From positions 133,503-197,502 of the forward strand of contig JACPTB010000005.1 of NCBI GenBank assembly GCA_016192995.1: DNA of 64,000 nucleotides. Reading direction: 5' to 3'. Shown in pieces: positions 1 through 9,501 of this stretch. This stretch comes from Candidatus Woesearchaeota archaeon (lineage in GTDB: Archaea; Nanobdellota; Nanobdellia; Woesearchaeales; DSVV01). Made by a program: the position numbers and the translations under genes. Numbering within the stretch: the stretch's first letter is position 1; each line of letters begins with the position of its first letter. Below the pieces are notes generated by a model. It saw only the letters and a program-made list of their open reading frames with translations, searched no databases and was not told where the DNA came from.

Positions 1-48
1 CAGTCTCCTCAAGGTCAAGGCGGAATGTCTGATATGCCGATGATGTAG
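1..48 (+). CDS. 3' end of a chaperonin (thermosome/GroEL-type), partial
   Basis: Frame 1 reads QSPQGQGGMSDMPMM*, a Gly/Met-rich tail typical of chaperonins; only 15 codons visible. Confidence 0.45.
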   Translation, partial: QSPQGQGGMSDMPMM

Positions 49-63
49 GCTCCACACTATTGT

Positions 64-1263
64 TTATTCATTACATTCATTAATCTTAATATCCCCTACT
101 AAATAACAGCTTCCTGTAATCAGAATAAGATCTTTGTTCTGCGCAATGCTTTGAGCATATTTTATTGCTTCATTAACCTCTGTTATTTTCTTAGTTTTTT
201 TAGAAAATAACTTTTCTAAATTATCAACAGTCATTGCTTTTGGAAAAGTGCTTTGTGAAAGAATAATTGTTTTCAAATTATGCATTGTTTCAATTAATGC
301 CACGACTTTATTTATTTCAGGCCTTTGAATTGAGCCATAAATGAGAATTATATTGTTGAAATGTTTCTCGTTCATAATATTTTTTACTGCGTACAGCATA
401 GCGGTAATTCCTGGAAGATTATGGGCGCAATCAATAAGAATGTTTTTTGCAATAAACTGCATTCTTCCTGACCATTGCACTGTTGCAATCCCTTTAATCA
501 TATTCTTTTCTGAGATCGCAATACCTTTCTGCCTTAATACTTTAACAGCTTCAACAGCTAATCCAGCGTTGCGTTTCTGATGTTCTCCGTATAAACCTAC
601 TCTTAATGCTGTTTTCTTAGCTATCATTACCGGCGCTTTTAGTGCCTGTGCCTTTTCTTTGATGACAAGTAATGCTTTGCCTGAGGCACCTGTTACTACG
701 GGAATATTTTTCTTAATAATGCCGGCTTTTTCTCTTGCAATAGCTTTAACATTGCTGCCTAATATATCAACATGGTCAAGTCCAATATTGGTAATAATGC
801 TTACTAATACATCATCATCTTCAATAATGTTAGTTGCATCCAATCTACCGCCTAAGCCGACTTCTAAAACAGCAATATCAACGTTATTTTGCTTGAAATA
901 AACAAATGCCATTGCTGTAATGACTTCAAAAAAAGTTTCATCAGTTATGTATGGTTTAACTTCTTCATAAACACTTACTAATTCTTGTTCTGAAATGGTC
1001 TTATTATTTATTCTAAAACGTTCGGTGAACGAAAATAATGCAGGTGAGATATACATGCCAACATTATATCCTTGCAGGATAAGAATATTACTTACCATTG
1101 CGCAGGTGCTGCCTTTGCCATTGGTGCCAGCAACATGAATGTATTTCAATCCTCGTTCAGGATTGCCAAGTTTTTGTAGGAGCGATTTTATGCGATCAAG
1201 TCCTAATTTGATAGTATGGATTTTTCTGGCACTTAACTCCCTGATTACTTGTTCATAATTCAT
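64..1263 (-). CDS. folC: Folylpolyglutamate synthase/dihydrofolate synthase
   Basis: IHVAGTNGKGST P-loop, LEVGLGGRLDATN, IAREKAGIIK, DCAHN motifs. Confidence 0.93.
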   Translation of the reverse strand: MNYEQVIRELSARKIHTIKLGLDRIKSLLQKLGNPERGLKYIHVAGTNGKGSTCAMVSNILILQGYNVGMYISPALFSFTERFRINNKTISEQELVSVYEEVKPYITDETFFEVITAMAFVYFKQNNVDIAVLEVGLGGRLDATNIIEDDDVLVSIITNIGLDHVDILGSNVKAIAREKAGIIKKNIPVVTGASGKALLVIKEKAQALKAPVMIAKKTALRVGLYGEHQKRNAGLAVEAVKVLRQKGIAISEKNMIKGIATVQWSGRMQFIAKNILIDCAHNLPGITAMLYAVKNIMNEKHFNNIILIYGSIQRPEINKVVALIETMHNLKTIILSQSTFPKAMTVDNLEKLFSKKTKKITEVNEAIKYAQSIAQNKDLILITGSCYLVGDIKINECNE

Positions 1264-2414
1264 ATTGCCTCCTGCTTCATTCTTTTATGATAATGCTTGA
1301 AAAACAACCACAAAGGTATCATTGAAATAATAAAAAGAACTGCTGACCATAATAAAAATGTTTTTACATCCATGTAATAACCTGCAATAATTGCTATGGG
1401 CACTGCTATTCCTGAAACACCGCGAAAAAAAGCAATGGCATTGGCAAATTCCCTTTTATGATAGAGGTCTCCAATTAAGGCGTTTGCTACAGGTTTTGCA
1501 ATCGGTATTGATAGGGAAAAACAAATACTTGCTATAAAAAACACGATGTATTTTTGCGCAAACATAATTATGATTAATCCAATTATCCCCAGCAAACTTG
1601 CCAAATACATAAAGAATGATCGTTTATTATTATCAGACCATGATCCGACAATATAAGGAATCAAGATAGGAGTAACATAAATAATAAGCGTCAAAATGCC
1701 TATATCAATCATGCCAAATTTTTGGTTAATAATAATTGGCAATCTGCTGATAAGAAAGCCATACGCAAGATTTAAGGAAAAATAAACAGGAATTAATAAC
1801 CATAATGCTTTATCTGCAAAAATATTTTTAAAACTAAAATGAATATTATCATCAAAGTTTTTGTCTTCAAGAAATGAAAGCATTATGACACCGATTAATC
1901 CACACCATGCCAAAAGTATGATGAGGAAATTATACGAGAAATATTCAAGAATCAATCCACTCCCCATAATCCCTGCAATATTGCCTATTCCCATTAATGA
2001 AAAAAATAATCCGTTATTTTGTCCAAGATTATTTCCTTCATTTGCTTTAACGACGTATAATGCCTGTACGGTCCATAATACTCCGCCAGCTAACCCTAAT
2101 ATACTTGCAATAGCCATCGTTAACCAGGGTATTTTCAAGATAGTTAATGCAATAAATGCGACATAGAGAAGACCGGTGATTAGCAATGCTTTTTTCGCGC
2201 CAGTTTTTTTAATTATCCATGGCGCTAAGAAGTTTCCAATAATAAGAAAAATATAAATTAAGGCAAGACTGATGAATGCAAGTTTTTCCAATCCTATTTC
2301 AGAATAAATTGCAGTAAAATACTGCTGAAATCCATTATAACCAAGAAACAATACTGCAAAACCGCTTGACAGCAGCAATATATTCTTTGAAATGTTATGT
2401 TTTATTATGTTCAT
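1260..2414 (-). CDS. MFS transporter (UNC-93-like)
   Basis: About 12 hydrophobic segments; overlaps folC start by 4 bp. Confidence 0.75.
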   Translation of the reverse strand: MNIIKHNISKNILLLSSGFAVLFLGYNGFQQYFTAIYSEIGLEKLAFISLALIYIFLIIGNFLAPWIIKKTGAKKALLITGLLYVAFIALTILKIPWLTMAIASILGLAGGVLWTVQALYVVKANEGNNLGQNNGLFFSLMGIGNIAGIMGSGLILEYFSYNFLIILLAWCGLIGVIMLSFLEDKNFDDNIHFSFKNIFADKALWLLIPVYFSLNLAYGFLISRLPIIINQKFGMIDIGILTLIIYVTPILIPYIVGSWSDNNKRSFFMYLASLLGIIGLIIIMFAQKYIVFFIASICFSLSIPIAKPVANALIGDLYHKREFANAIAFFRGVSGIAVPIAIIAGYYMDVKTFLLWSAVLFIISMIPLWLFFKHYHKRMKQEAI

Positions 2415-2958
2415 GCAAAAATGCTCCTAATGCTCTGAATGCTTTTCCTCTATGACTGATCTGGTCTTTTTGTTTTTTGCTTAATGTTGAAAGTCGAATG
2501 TTATTGTTTGTTATGAAGATTCTTTCATACGGCAAAACATCTTTGTTTTGATCTTGAACATCATCTGCAATAGCGCCATGCATTTCTTCAACAAATAATT
2601 TTGGTTTTTTTCCAGGTTCGCAATAGCCAATTGCTGTTTTGAAATATGCTTTTCTGTCTTCTCCCGCTAATACTTTTAACAACCCTTTATAACCAAGCAG
2701 ATTAAACATTAATTTTGCGTTATTACCAGGAAAATGAGGATATGCTTCAAAGAAAATGCCTGTGTCTTCCACTATCACTGCTTTTTTGTATTTGTTGGCA
2801 AATAATTCCGCATTACCTCGCGCAGTGTTTTCAACAGTCTCATCTTTATGTTCAATCTTTTCATCATTAATCTGAGTTACTTTGATACCATATTCTTTTA
2901 AAGCTAACTGCGCTTCTATGACTTTGTGGTTGTTGGTGGTTACTAAGGAGATTTCCAT
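2395..2958 (-). CDS. rdgB: Non-canonical purine NTP pyrophosphatase (RdgB/HAM1)
   Basis: VTTNNHK, VEDTG, PG and ISHRGKA motifs. Confidence 0.9.
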   Translation of the reverse strand: MEISLVTTNNHKVIEAQLALKEYGIKVTQINDEKIEHKDETVENTARGNAELFANKYKKAVIVEDTGIFFEAYPHFPGNNAKLMFNLLGYKGLLKVLAGEDRKAYFKTAIGYCEPGKKPKLFVEEMHGAIADDVQDQNKDVLPYERIFITNNNIRLSTLSKKQKDQISHRGKAFRALGAFLHEHNKT

Positions 2959-2991
2959 AATTTGTTGTTAATATGTTTAGTTTAAATAATT

Positions 2992-3384
2992 TTAGTAAGA
3001 AATAACTTCAAGACCATTGATGTTTTCAAAATGTTTTTTATTTCTGGTGATAATCTTACTAATCCCATTAGTTAAGAATAGTCCCGCAATTATAGAATCA
3101 AACTTTTCGATAGGTTTTCCTTTTCTTTTTAATTCCCAAGAAATAACTCTTATTTTTTCAAGAGCTTCTTTTGAGAATTCAACGAGATAAACTTCATTTA
3201 GGAATTCATCATAATACACTTTTTCAAGTTGATGACGCTTATTTTCTGGATCAAGACCAAAATAGATCTCAGCATAATTTATAATGGTGGTAGCTAAAGG
3301 TTCTTTTTGTTCTAAAATTACTTTTTTTAATTGTTCATCTCGTTCAAAGAGATCAATTATTGCAGTTGTATCAAGACCTATCAT
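2992..3384 (-). CDS. VapC-type PIN-domain toxin
   Basis: LDTTAIID, E, FDSIIA, TRNKKHF PIN pattern. Confidence 0.85.
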   Translation of the reverse strand: MIGLDTTAIIDLFERDEQLKKVILEQKEPLATTIINYAEIYFGLDPENKRHQLEKVYYDEFLNEVYLVEFSKEALEKIRVISWELKRKGKPIEKFDSIIAGLFLTNGISKIITRNKKHFENINGLEVISY

Positions 3385-3590
3385 GCTAATCGCTTATTAA
3401 ATGAGTCTCTAAAATCTTGCATTTCTTTTTTATCTATGGAACTTTTCGTTATTATTCCCCAGAATCTCATAATATTCTTTTGTTTCTTCTTAAAACTCAA
3501 AATTACATCTGAGAAACTCTTATCTTCAGTTTTCAATTCCTTGAGGAAATCATACGCTTCCTTTTTAATAGCGATATTAACACTTACCAT
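3381..3590 (-). CDS. VapB-type antitoxin
   Basis: Small protein with SFSDVI motif; overlaps the PIN gene by 4 bp. Confidence 0.8.
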   Translation of the reverse strand: MVSVNIAIKKEAYDFLKELKTEDKSFSDVILSFKKKQKNIMRFWGIITKSSIDKKEMQDFRDSFNKRLA

Positions 3591-3731
3591 AAGTACATAG
3601 TATGAGTACTCATATATATTTGTTTCGTTTAATAAGTTATTCGCTAATTGCGAATAACTATGATGAAATTACTAATTTCATCATATATATTTAAATATAA
3701 CTTCGAAAAATGCAATCTTGGTGTAATTAAT

Positions 3732-5219
3732 ATGGGTTTTGTCATAGGAAAATACGGCGGATCATCTACCTCTACTCCTAGTAGTTTGGATGAAATAGTG
3801 ATACTCTCAGAAGTTAATCCTGATCGAAGAATAGCTATTGTATCGGCGCCGGGCACTTCTAACTCTGGAAGCGAAGTCCAAGACTATAAATTAACTGATC
3901 TTCTTATTGCAAAAGCAAACAGGCATGCCCAAGAGCACTATCGTACTATTGCAGTCCCTGAAACCAATGGGAAAAAATCAACTAAAGAGCTTGATTTAGC
4001 AACTATTGATCGTTTTATTGAAATGAAATTGCGTGAAGCATATTATACTCATGATTCTACAGCTACTCTCGTTGCAGATACTATTACAGAAATTAATCAC
4101 ATGGCAGCTATGTTTAAAAATACAGCCGGTAACGAAATTAGTGTTCATCAACACTCTGTAAATGTACAATATTTAGGAGAAAAATTTGCAGCTCAAAATT
4201 TAGCTGGCGCTTATCGCGCAAAAGGCAAGGAAAAAGTAGTAGTTCTTGATCCTAAAGAGTTTATTTGTTTGAATGGAGAAAATCCCCTTGAAGGAAAGGT
4301 TTTGTTGGATGCAACTGTTGAAAAATTCAGACGATGGAAAGCAAGTGCTGATTTTGATCCTGAAGCACAGTATATTCTTCCAGGGTACTATGGGAAATCA
4401 GCCTCAGGAGAAATTTCTCTGTTAGGAAGAGATGGAACTAATATGAGCTTAGTTTTAGCTGGAATTGGCTTAGATCCAGATTTCTGTGAAAATTTTTCTG
4501 ATGTACCTGGGATTTATGAAGCAAATCCAAAGTTAGTTCCTCATGCGCGTGTTATTAAGGAAGTTACACCAAAAGAGTTGCGGGAATTAGTTTCACGCGT
4601 TGATTTTAAAGTGTTTCAAGCTCGATCATTAGCACTTCTTGAACGAGTTCCTTATTTTCCTGAAATTCAGGTTAAAGATTTTGCTCATGCCCATGAACGA
4701 GGAACTGCAATTGTATCTTGTCGAGATGTTTCTGATCAAAATATTGTTGGTATAGGCGTAAGAGATGGAGTTACTTATATTAGAATCACTGATCCTGCAA
4801 TGGCAGATCAAGAAGGTTATTTTGAAAAAGCATCAGGGATAATACGTAGTTTTGGCGCAAATATACTTCATGTTCGTGATTCAGCAACAGAAATAACTTT
4901 TTACGTATCTAAAAATTCTTATAAATCTCGCGGAGTAAAGCCAAATAATATTTATACCGCTTTAATGAAAGAGTTTAAATTTGAAAATCCAACTTCTGTA
5001 AAGATTGGCAATCATGGTTCAGTATTGGGTGTTATAGGCGGCAAAATGGACGCTCGTGTGATGGACGATATGAATGCTATCCTTAGATCTTCTGGTGTTC
5101 GCCAACAACCTTTTGTTACAGGTTCAGATGTTGCACTTTATACCATTGTTCATAAAGATGACATTACTAAATCAATTGGTAGTTTATATGATGCTTTAAT
5201 TATAACGAGAACATCTTAG
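3732..5219 (+). CDS. Aspartate kinase-like protein with ACT-like C-terminus (divergent)
   Basis: KYGGSS, VSAPG, GE, LGRDGT, SDVPGIYEANPK motifs; start moved to ATG at 3732. Confidence 0.8.
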   Translation: MGFVIGKYGGSSTSTPSSLDEIVILSEVNPDRRIAIVSAPGTSNSGSEVQDYKLTDLLIAKANRHAQEHYRTIAVPETNGKKSTKELDLATIDRFIEMKLREAYYTHDSTATLVADTITEINHMAAMFKNTAGNEISVHQHSVNVQYLGEKFAAQNLAGAYRAKGKEKVVVLDPKEFICLNGENPLEGKVLLDATVEKFRRWKASADFDPEAQYILPGYYGKSASGEISLLGRDGTNMSLVLAGIGLDPDFCENFSDVPGIYEANPKLVPHARVIKEVTPKELRELVSRVDFKVFQARSLALLERVPYFPEIQVKDFAHAHERGTAIVSCRDVSDQNIVGIGVRDGVTYIRITDPAMADQEGYFEKASGIIRSFGANILHVRDSATEITFYVSKNSYKSRGVKPNNIYTALMKEFKFENPTSVKIGNHGSVLGVIGGKMDARVMDDMNAILRSSGVRQQPFVTGSDVALYTIVHKDDITKSIGSLYDALIITRTS

Positions 5220-5258
5220 ATAGAAAACATAAAAAAATAAAATGAGAAATTAATGATT

Positions 5259-5411
5259 TTAAGCTTTTCCTAAAATTCTAAATACTTTTGTTCCGCATGC
5301 TTTGCAGGTTCCTTTTGCTGCTTTCATGCCGTTTTTCATAACTGTTTCTTTTGCGTTTTCCATCTTAACTTCTTTTTTGCATTTCATGCATCTTCCTTTG
5401 TATTCAGGCAT
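5259..5411 (-). CDS. Small zinc-ribbon protein (DUF5679-like)
   Basis: Not in ORF track; MPEYKGRCMKCKKEV...KGTCKACGTKVFRILGKA, two CxxC pairs, GAGGTGG SD upstream. Confidence 0.8.
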   Translation of the reverse strand: MPEYKGRCMKCKKEVKMENAKETVMKNGMKAAKGTCKACGTKVFRILGKA

Positions 5412-5614
5412 CTCTAACCACCTCAACGTTTAACATCATAGTAGCTTTATCAGCTAATACTGTTGTTCTAAGTACTTCTATTTATAACATTTTCCTCTTT
5501 ACAAGGAGAAAATATTCAAATTATGATAAATACATAATTTTCTTATCTTGTAGTAGTTAAATGTACCTTGTTAAAACCATAATACTTATATATAGTTTTA
5601 ACCTTCTATTTTTT

Positions 5615-6247
5615 ATGCATAAAAACCTATTGCTAATTATGTTGCTCTTATTTTCAGTTATTTTTCTATCCCAGGGTTGTTCGTCAAATAAAAATACCCT
5701 GGAACAAATTCCTGTTGTTGTTCCAGAGTCTGAACAACCAAGTTTTGTTCCTGCAGAAAATGGTAATGTAGTTATTGTTCAACAAACAACAACTGTTTCC
5801 CCGTCTGAACAAACTCCAGCAGTAAAAGAAAATGAAGCTGTTGTTTATTCTGCTAAAGTCCCTGCTTCTGCGCCAAAGCGTCAAATTCTACGCCGAGGAT
5901 CTTTCCAGCCAAAAACTCATCCTGTTGAAGGAAATTTAGTGATGTATTATAGTGATGACGAAAAAATTACTGGCACTGATGAAGAAACCTTGCTTGTTTT
6001 AGAGTTAACGAATGATTTTAGCTCAGCTTACGGACCAGATTTGCATGTTTATATAAGTACCATTCTTGATCTTGACCAAGCACATATATTTGAAGAAGGA
6101 GAGTTTGCAGATCTCGGCAGTTTAAAAGAGCTTAGTGGAAGACAATATTATGTTGTTTCTGATTATGCGAAAACATTGGAGTATAATTCTGTTGTTATTT
6201 ATGCACCTGGATATAATGAAGTATATGGTGTAGCTTATTTATATTGA
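5615..6247 (+). CDS. Lipoprotein with DM13-like domain
   Basis: Signal peptide ending SQGC; GPDLHVY, DLGSLK..SGRQYY, YNSVVIY motifs. Confidence 0.75.
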   Translation: MHKNLLLIMLLLFSVIFLSQGCSSNKNTLEQIPVVVPESEQPSFVPAENGNVVIVQQTTTVSPSEQTPAVKENEAVVYSAKVPASAPKRQILRRGSFQPKTHPVEGNLVMYYSDDEKITGTDEETLLVLELTNDFSSAYGPDLHVYISTILDLDQAHIFEEGEFADLGSLKELSGRQYYVVSDYAKTLEYNSVVIYAPGYNEVYGVAYLY

Positions 6248-6256
6248 AGTTAAATA

Positions 6257-6409
6257 GTACGTATTAAGTCTTCTTCGGGTTTAGCGCCAGTTCAGCTTAA
6301 ACGTATTATTTCGTTTGGATTTTTCTCTCTGGAACTCCGAAAAATCCACAAGGTAAGATTAAGAAGAGCTTCACAAAAGTAGGCGCTAAACCCCAGACTT
6401 AATACGTAC
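6257..6409. mobile_element. Palindromic MITE-like element, copy A1 (type-1 TIR, core A)
   Basis: TIR GTACGTATTAAGTC...GACTTAATACGTAC; perfect 8-bp TSD GTTAAATA (6249-6256/6410-6417); core GGATTTTTCTCTCTGGAACTCCGAAAAATCC. Confidence 0.9.
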
Positions 6410-6467
6410 GTTAAATAACAATATTTATATACCAATGTATGGAAAAGTATACTTATGAGGTGAGTTC

Positions 6468-6662
6468 ATGAGAAAGATAGCTTTAATAGTGGTATTAATG
6501 CTGATAGCATTAATTGCAATAAGTTGTTCAAAAGGAGACGGAGAAGTAACTGATGTACCTCCGGCGTCTGCAGAAGATAGCGCTGGTGCTCCAGCAGATG
6601 GAGGAGAACAACCGACAGCAGCTCCGCCAGCATTGCCTGAAGATGCAACAGGTGGAGAATAA
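6468..6662 (+). CDS. Small acidic/Pro-rich lipoprotein
   Basis: GAGGTGA SD; MRKIALIVVLMLIALIAISC lipobox-like signal. Confidence 0.7.
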   Translation: MRKIALIVVLMLIALIAISCSKGDGEVTDVPPASAEDSAGAPADGGEQPTAAPPALPEDATGGE

Positions 6663-6743
6663 ATTAACATTGTTTTTCCTTTTTTCTTTTTCTCAATTTA
6701 TTTTGTAAATATTTATTAATCAATGATTATGTCGTTAGTTTAT

Positions 6744-6860
6744 GCCCTTGTAGTATAGCCTGGATACTTGCTGACCTTGTCACGCAAGGATTAGCACGTA
6801 GTGCAAATAGTACGCAGCCCTGCGGAGGCTGCAGCCCGAGTTCGAATCTCGGCAAGGGCG
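6744..6860 (+). tRNA. tRNA-Arg(GCG) with a 43-nt non-canonical D-loop intron (about 6764-6806)
   Basis: Acceptor GCCCTTG/CAAGGGC, anticodon arm CAGCC-CTGCGGA-GGCTG, T arm CCGAG-TTCGAAT-CTCGG; removing the insert restores D loop AGCCTGGATA. Confidence 0.9.
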
Positions 6861-6891
6861 TTTTTATCTTTTTTTCATTATGATGCAACTA

Positions 6892-8097
6892 CTATTTCAA
6901 CAACGAGAATGGATTACCCGTATAATTAATAATCAAAGCAAACAATAATATGACTAATATTCCAATAGCAACAAAACTCCATAATTTCATAGCATGATGT
7001 TTGTTTTTGATTAATTTTAATAGCATTATCTTCAGCATTTGACCACCATCAACGATGCCCAACGGTAATAGATTAGCTAATCCAATAAATAAGTTCAGCC
7101 AAAACAGCCATTTGAATAAATCTTTTAACCATAATACTAATGGCGTCCACCAGACCTGTTCGTATTCATCTTTTATCTTAACATGTTTCTTGATATTATT
7201 AACACCAATATACCCTTTTCCGTGATCGTCAGGATGTGCTATAGGTACGACAGTAAATTCTGTTTCTGCAGTTGCTAAGGTAATTGGTTCGTTTGGTACA
7301 GAACAATACTGCATTTGTTCCATAAAATATTGATAATCAGTAACAGGTTTGTTATTGACTGCTAAAATAACATCACCGGTTCTTAATCCACTTTGATAAG
7401 CAGGAAGAGTTTCATTACTCACCTCAAAAGTAAATCCATTATCTTGAAGAATTTTGCCTTCTAAAGGGACAAGCACAAAAGAAGATACAAATAAAATCAA
7501 AAGCGCTAACACAACATTTGAGACTGGACCAGCAGCTAAAATTGAATACTGCACAATATCCTCTTTTTTCGCCATTTTTTTCTCATCTGGTTCAACAAAT
7601 GCAGCTGGGATAATAGGTAGTAATACTGATAAAAACGCAAATCCGCTTGATTTAACCTCAAGGTTATGGGCGCGGGCAACAACGCCATGAGAAAATTCAT
7701 GGACCACTGCAAGAATAAAAATAGCAATGAGCCAGGTAGTAAATGAAAGATATCCTAATCCCGGAATATTAGTAAATGGCAATACCGGCACAACACCTGA
7801 TGGCGTTGTTGCAGGAGCTGTAATTAATTTAATCATTAATTGGATGACCGAATAAGTAACAAAGAACATCCCTATAAATCCAACACCTGCACTGATATAT
7901 CCAAACAATTTAACCCATTCGCGATATTTAGTTGCGATTTTATCCATTAAAGAAATCCCAAACTTGCTTTTATAGAGAATCATAAAGATCAAGGGGAATA
8001 CAATCTTCTGAATATGGAGTTTATCACGTTTATGATAAAGAAACGCGGATAAAAACAGTACAAACACCATTGCCAAGACGATTTCAAAATTAAACAT
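6892..8097 (-). CDS. Site-2 protease (M50) with PDZ domain
   Basis: HEFSH, AAGPVSN, NLLPLGIVDGG motifs; central PDZ-like segment. Confidence 0.92.
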   Translation of the reverse strand: MFNFEIVLAMVFVLFLSAFLYHKRDKLHIQKIVFPLIFMILYKSKFGISLMDKIATKYREWVKLFGYISAGVGFIGMFFVTYSVIQLMIKLITAPATTPSGVVPVLPFTNIPGLGYLSFTTWLIAIFILAVVHEFSHGVVARAHNLEVKSSGFAFLSVLLPIIPAAFVEPDEKKMAKKEDIVQYSILAAGPVSNVVLALLILFVSSFVLVPLEGKILQDNGFTFEVSNETLPAYQSGLRTGDVILAVNNKPVTDYQYFMEQMQYCSVPNEPITLATAETEFTVVPIAHPDDHGKGYIGVNNIKKHVKIKDEYEQVWWTPLVLWLKDLFKWLFWLNLFIGLANLLPLGIVDGGQMLKIMLLKLIKNKHHAMKLWSFVAIGILVILLFALIINYTGNPFSLLK

Positions 8098-8272
8098 AGT
8101 TTTTAAGAATAAAGTACATTTATAAAGGTTTTGAAAATCAAGTATAAGGGCATAAATAACTCATATTGTTGCGGTACTGAGATATAATCTTGATACTTAT
8201 CCCTCTACCTTTCTTAAAATTACATAATTTAAACATCTAAATTTATAAATTAAAAAATTTAGAAAGTATTTT

Positions 8273-8572
8273 ATGTATGAAATTTACGCAACTGATACGT
8301 TTAAAGATATTTATGATTCTTTAGATAAAAATGAGCAGGATTGGATAGATAAGATTAAACAACATTTCAAAGAATATCCAACGGGAAAACCATTAGGTTA
8401 TAAATGGTTTAGGGAAAAGAAATATTTGGACAAAAGACTTTATTTTCTTATTGATGAAAATACTAAAAGAATTTTGTTCGTATCATTTGCTTCTAAAAAA
8501 GAACAACAGGAAATAATTAATTTTATTAACTTAAATATGAGTGAATTGTTGAGCTACCTTAAATCTCTTTAG
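8273..8572 (+). CDS. RelE/ParE-like toxin
   Basis: 99 aa with RelE-type pattern (YEIYAT..F, GKPL, FREKK, RLYFLID). Confidence 0.6.
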   Translation: MYEIYATDTFKDIYDSLDKNEQDWIDKIKQHFKEYPTGKPLGYKWFREKKYLDKRLYFLIDENTKRILFVSFASKKEQQEIINFINLNMSELLSYLKSL

Positions 8573-8706
8573 AATTTACTAACTCTTCCATGCCGTATAT
8601 CTTCAAGGCTTAATTTTAATTGTATAAGAGCGTCATCTGCTATTTTTGCTTTTTTCTTTAAGGAATTATACTCTTCCATACTGATAGTAATCTTTTGTGC
8701 TTGCAT
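8569..8706 (-). CDS. Small putative antitoxin
   Basis: Not in ORF track; MQAQKITISMEEYNSLRKK...SLEDIRHGRVSKF resembles antitoxin tails; stop overlaps the RelE-like stop. Confidence 0.55.
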   Translation of the reverse strand: MQAQKITISMEEYNSLKKKAKIADDALIQLKLSLEDIRHGRVSKF

Positions 8707-8738
8707 ATTATAAGTATTAGCTCTGTTATTTATAAAAT

Positions 8739-9494
8739 TTATGGCTTAGCCATCATCCACATTATATCAAAATATTTTCTAAATGAATCAGCAACTTTAG
8801 GGTTTTTGATCAAAACTACGGTTGGCTTTTTGGTGAGTATGACGATCATCGTATTATTTTTCCAAATATTGATCTCAGCAGGTGTTGTATTTTCCATGTG
8901 CCTTATTTTAGTTAAATCAGGTCTTTTCACGCTTTCCTGAATATTGCCTCGTGCAGATTCGTTAAATATAATTTTTTGCTTTATTTTTTTCTTCGCCAAC
9001 AATAATGCATGCTTATTAAAGAAATTTCTGACTCTTTCCTCATCTTCGCCTTTGCTTGCGCCAAACACATAATTAATATCTCCTTTTTTAAGGGTATCTC
9101 TCATCATTTTATAGACCGTTTCCATGCCCTGCCAGCCGGTAAAGATTTCTGCCTCAGTTTCATCGCCAACTAATTGCTGTTTTAATTTCAATGCAGGCAG
9201 TATATTTTTAATCTGCTTTTCTTGTTCAGTTATTTTATTCTTTTTATCATTGAGAAAATCAAGCAATCTATCAGGATTTACTGCTTTGAAATGCTTGGTA
9301 TTGGCAATAATAACATGGCTCACTAACCCTTTGTTTGCCAATCGTTCTAATCCATCGTATACTTTAGACGTATGTATTTCTGTTTTTTTTATCAAAGCTC
9401 CTGTTGTGGTTGAACCTAGTTCTAATAATGTTAAGTAGATTTTGATTTCATTTTTAGTTAAACCAATATTTTCAAGTATTGTTTCAGTTTCCAT
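8739..9494 (-). CDS. TrmB-family transcriptional regulator
   Basis: IGLTKNEIKIYLTLLELG wHTH, VYDGLERL..KGLV, PLD-like C-terminus. Confidence 0.85.
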   Translation of the reverse strand: METETILENIGLTKNEIKIYLTLLELGSTTTGALIKKTEIHTSKVYDGLERLANKGLVSHVIIANTKHFKAVNPDRLLDFLNDKKNKITEQEKQIKNILPALKLKQQLVGDETEAEIFTGWQGMETVYKMMRDTLKKGDINYVFGASKGEDEERVRNFFNKHALLLAKKKIKQKIIFNESARGNIQESVKRPDLTKIRHMENTTPAEINIWKNNTMIVILTKKPTVVLIKNPKVADSFRKYFDIMWMMAKP

Positions 9495-9501
9495 TTTCTA
9501 T

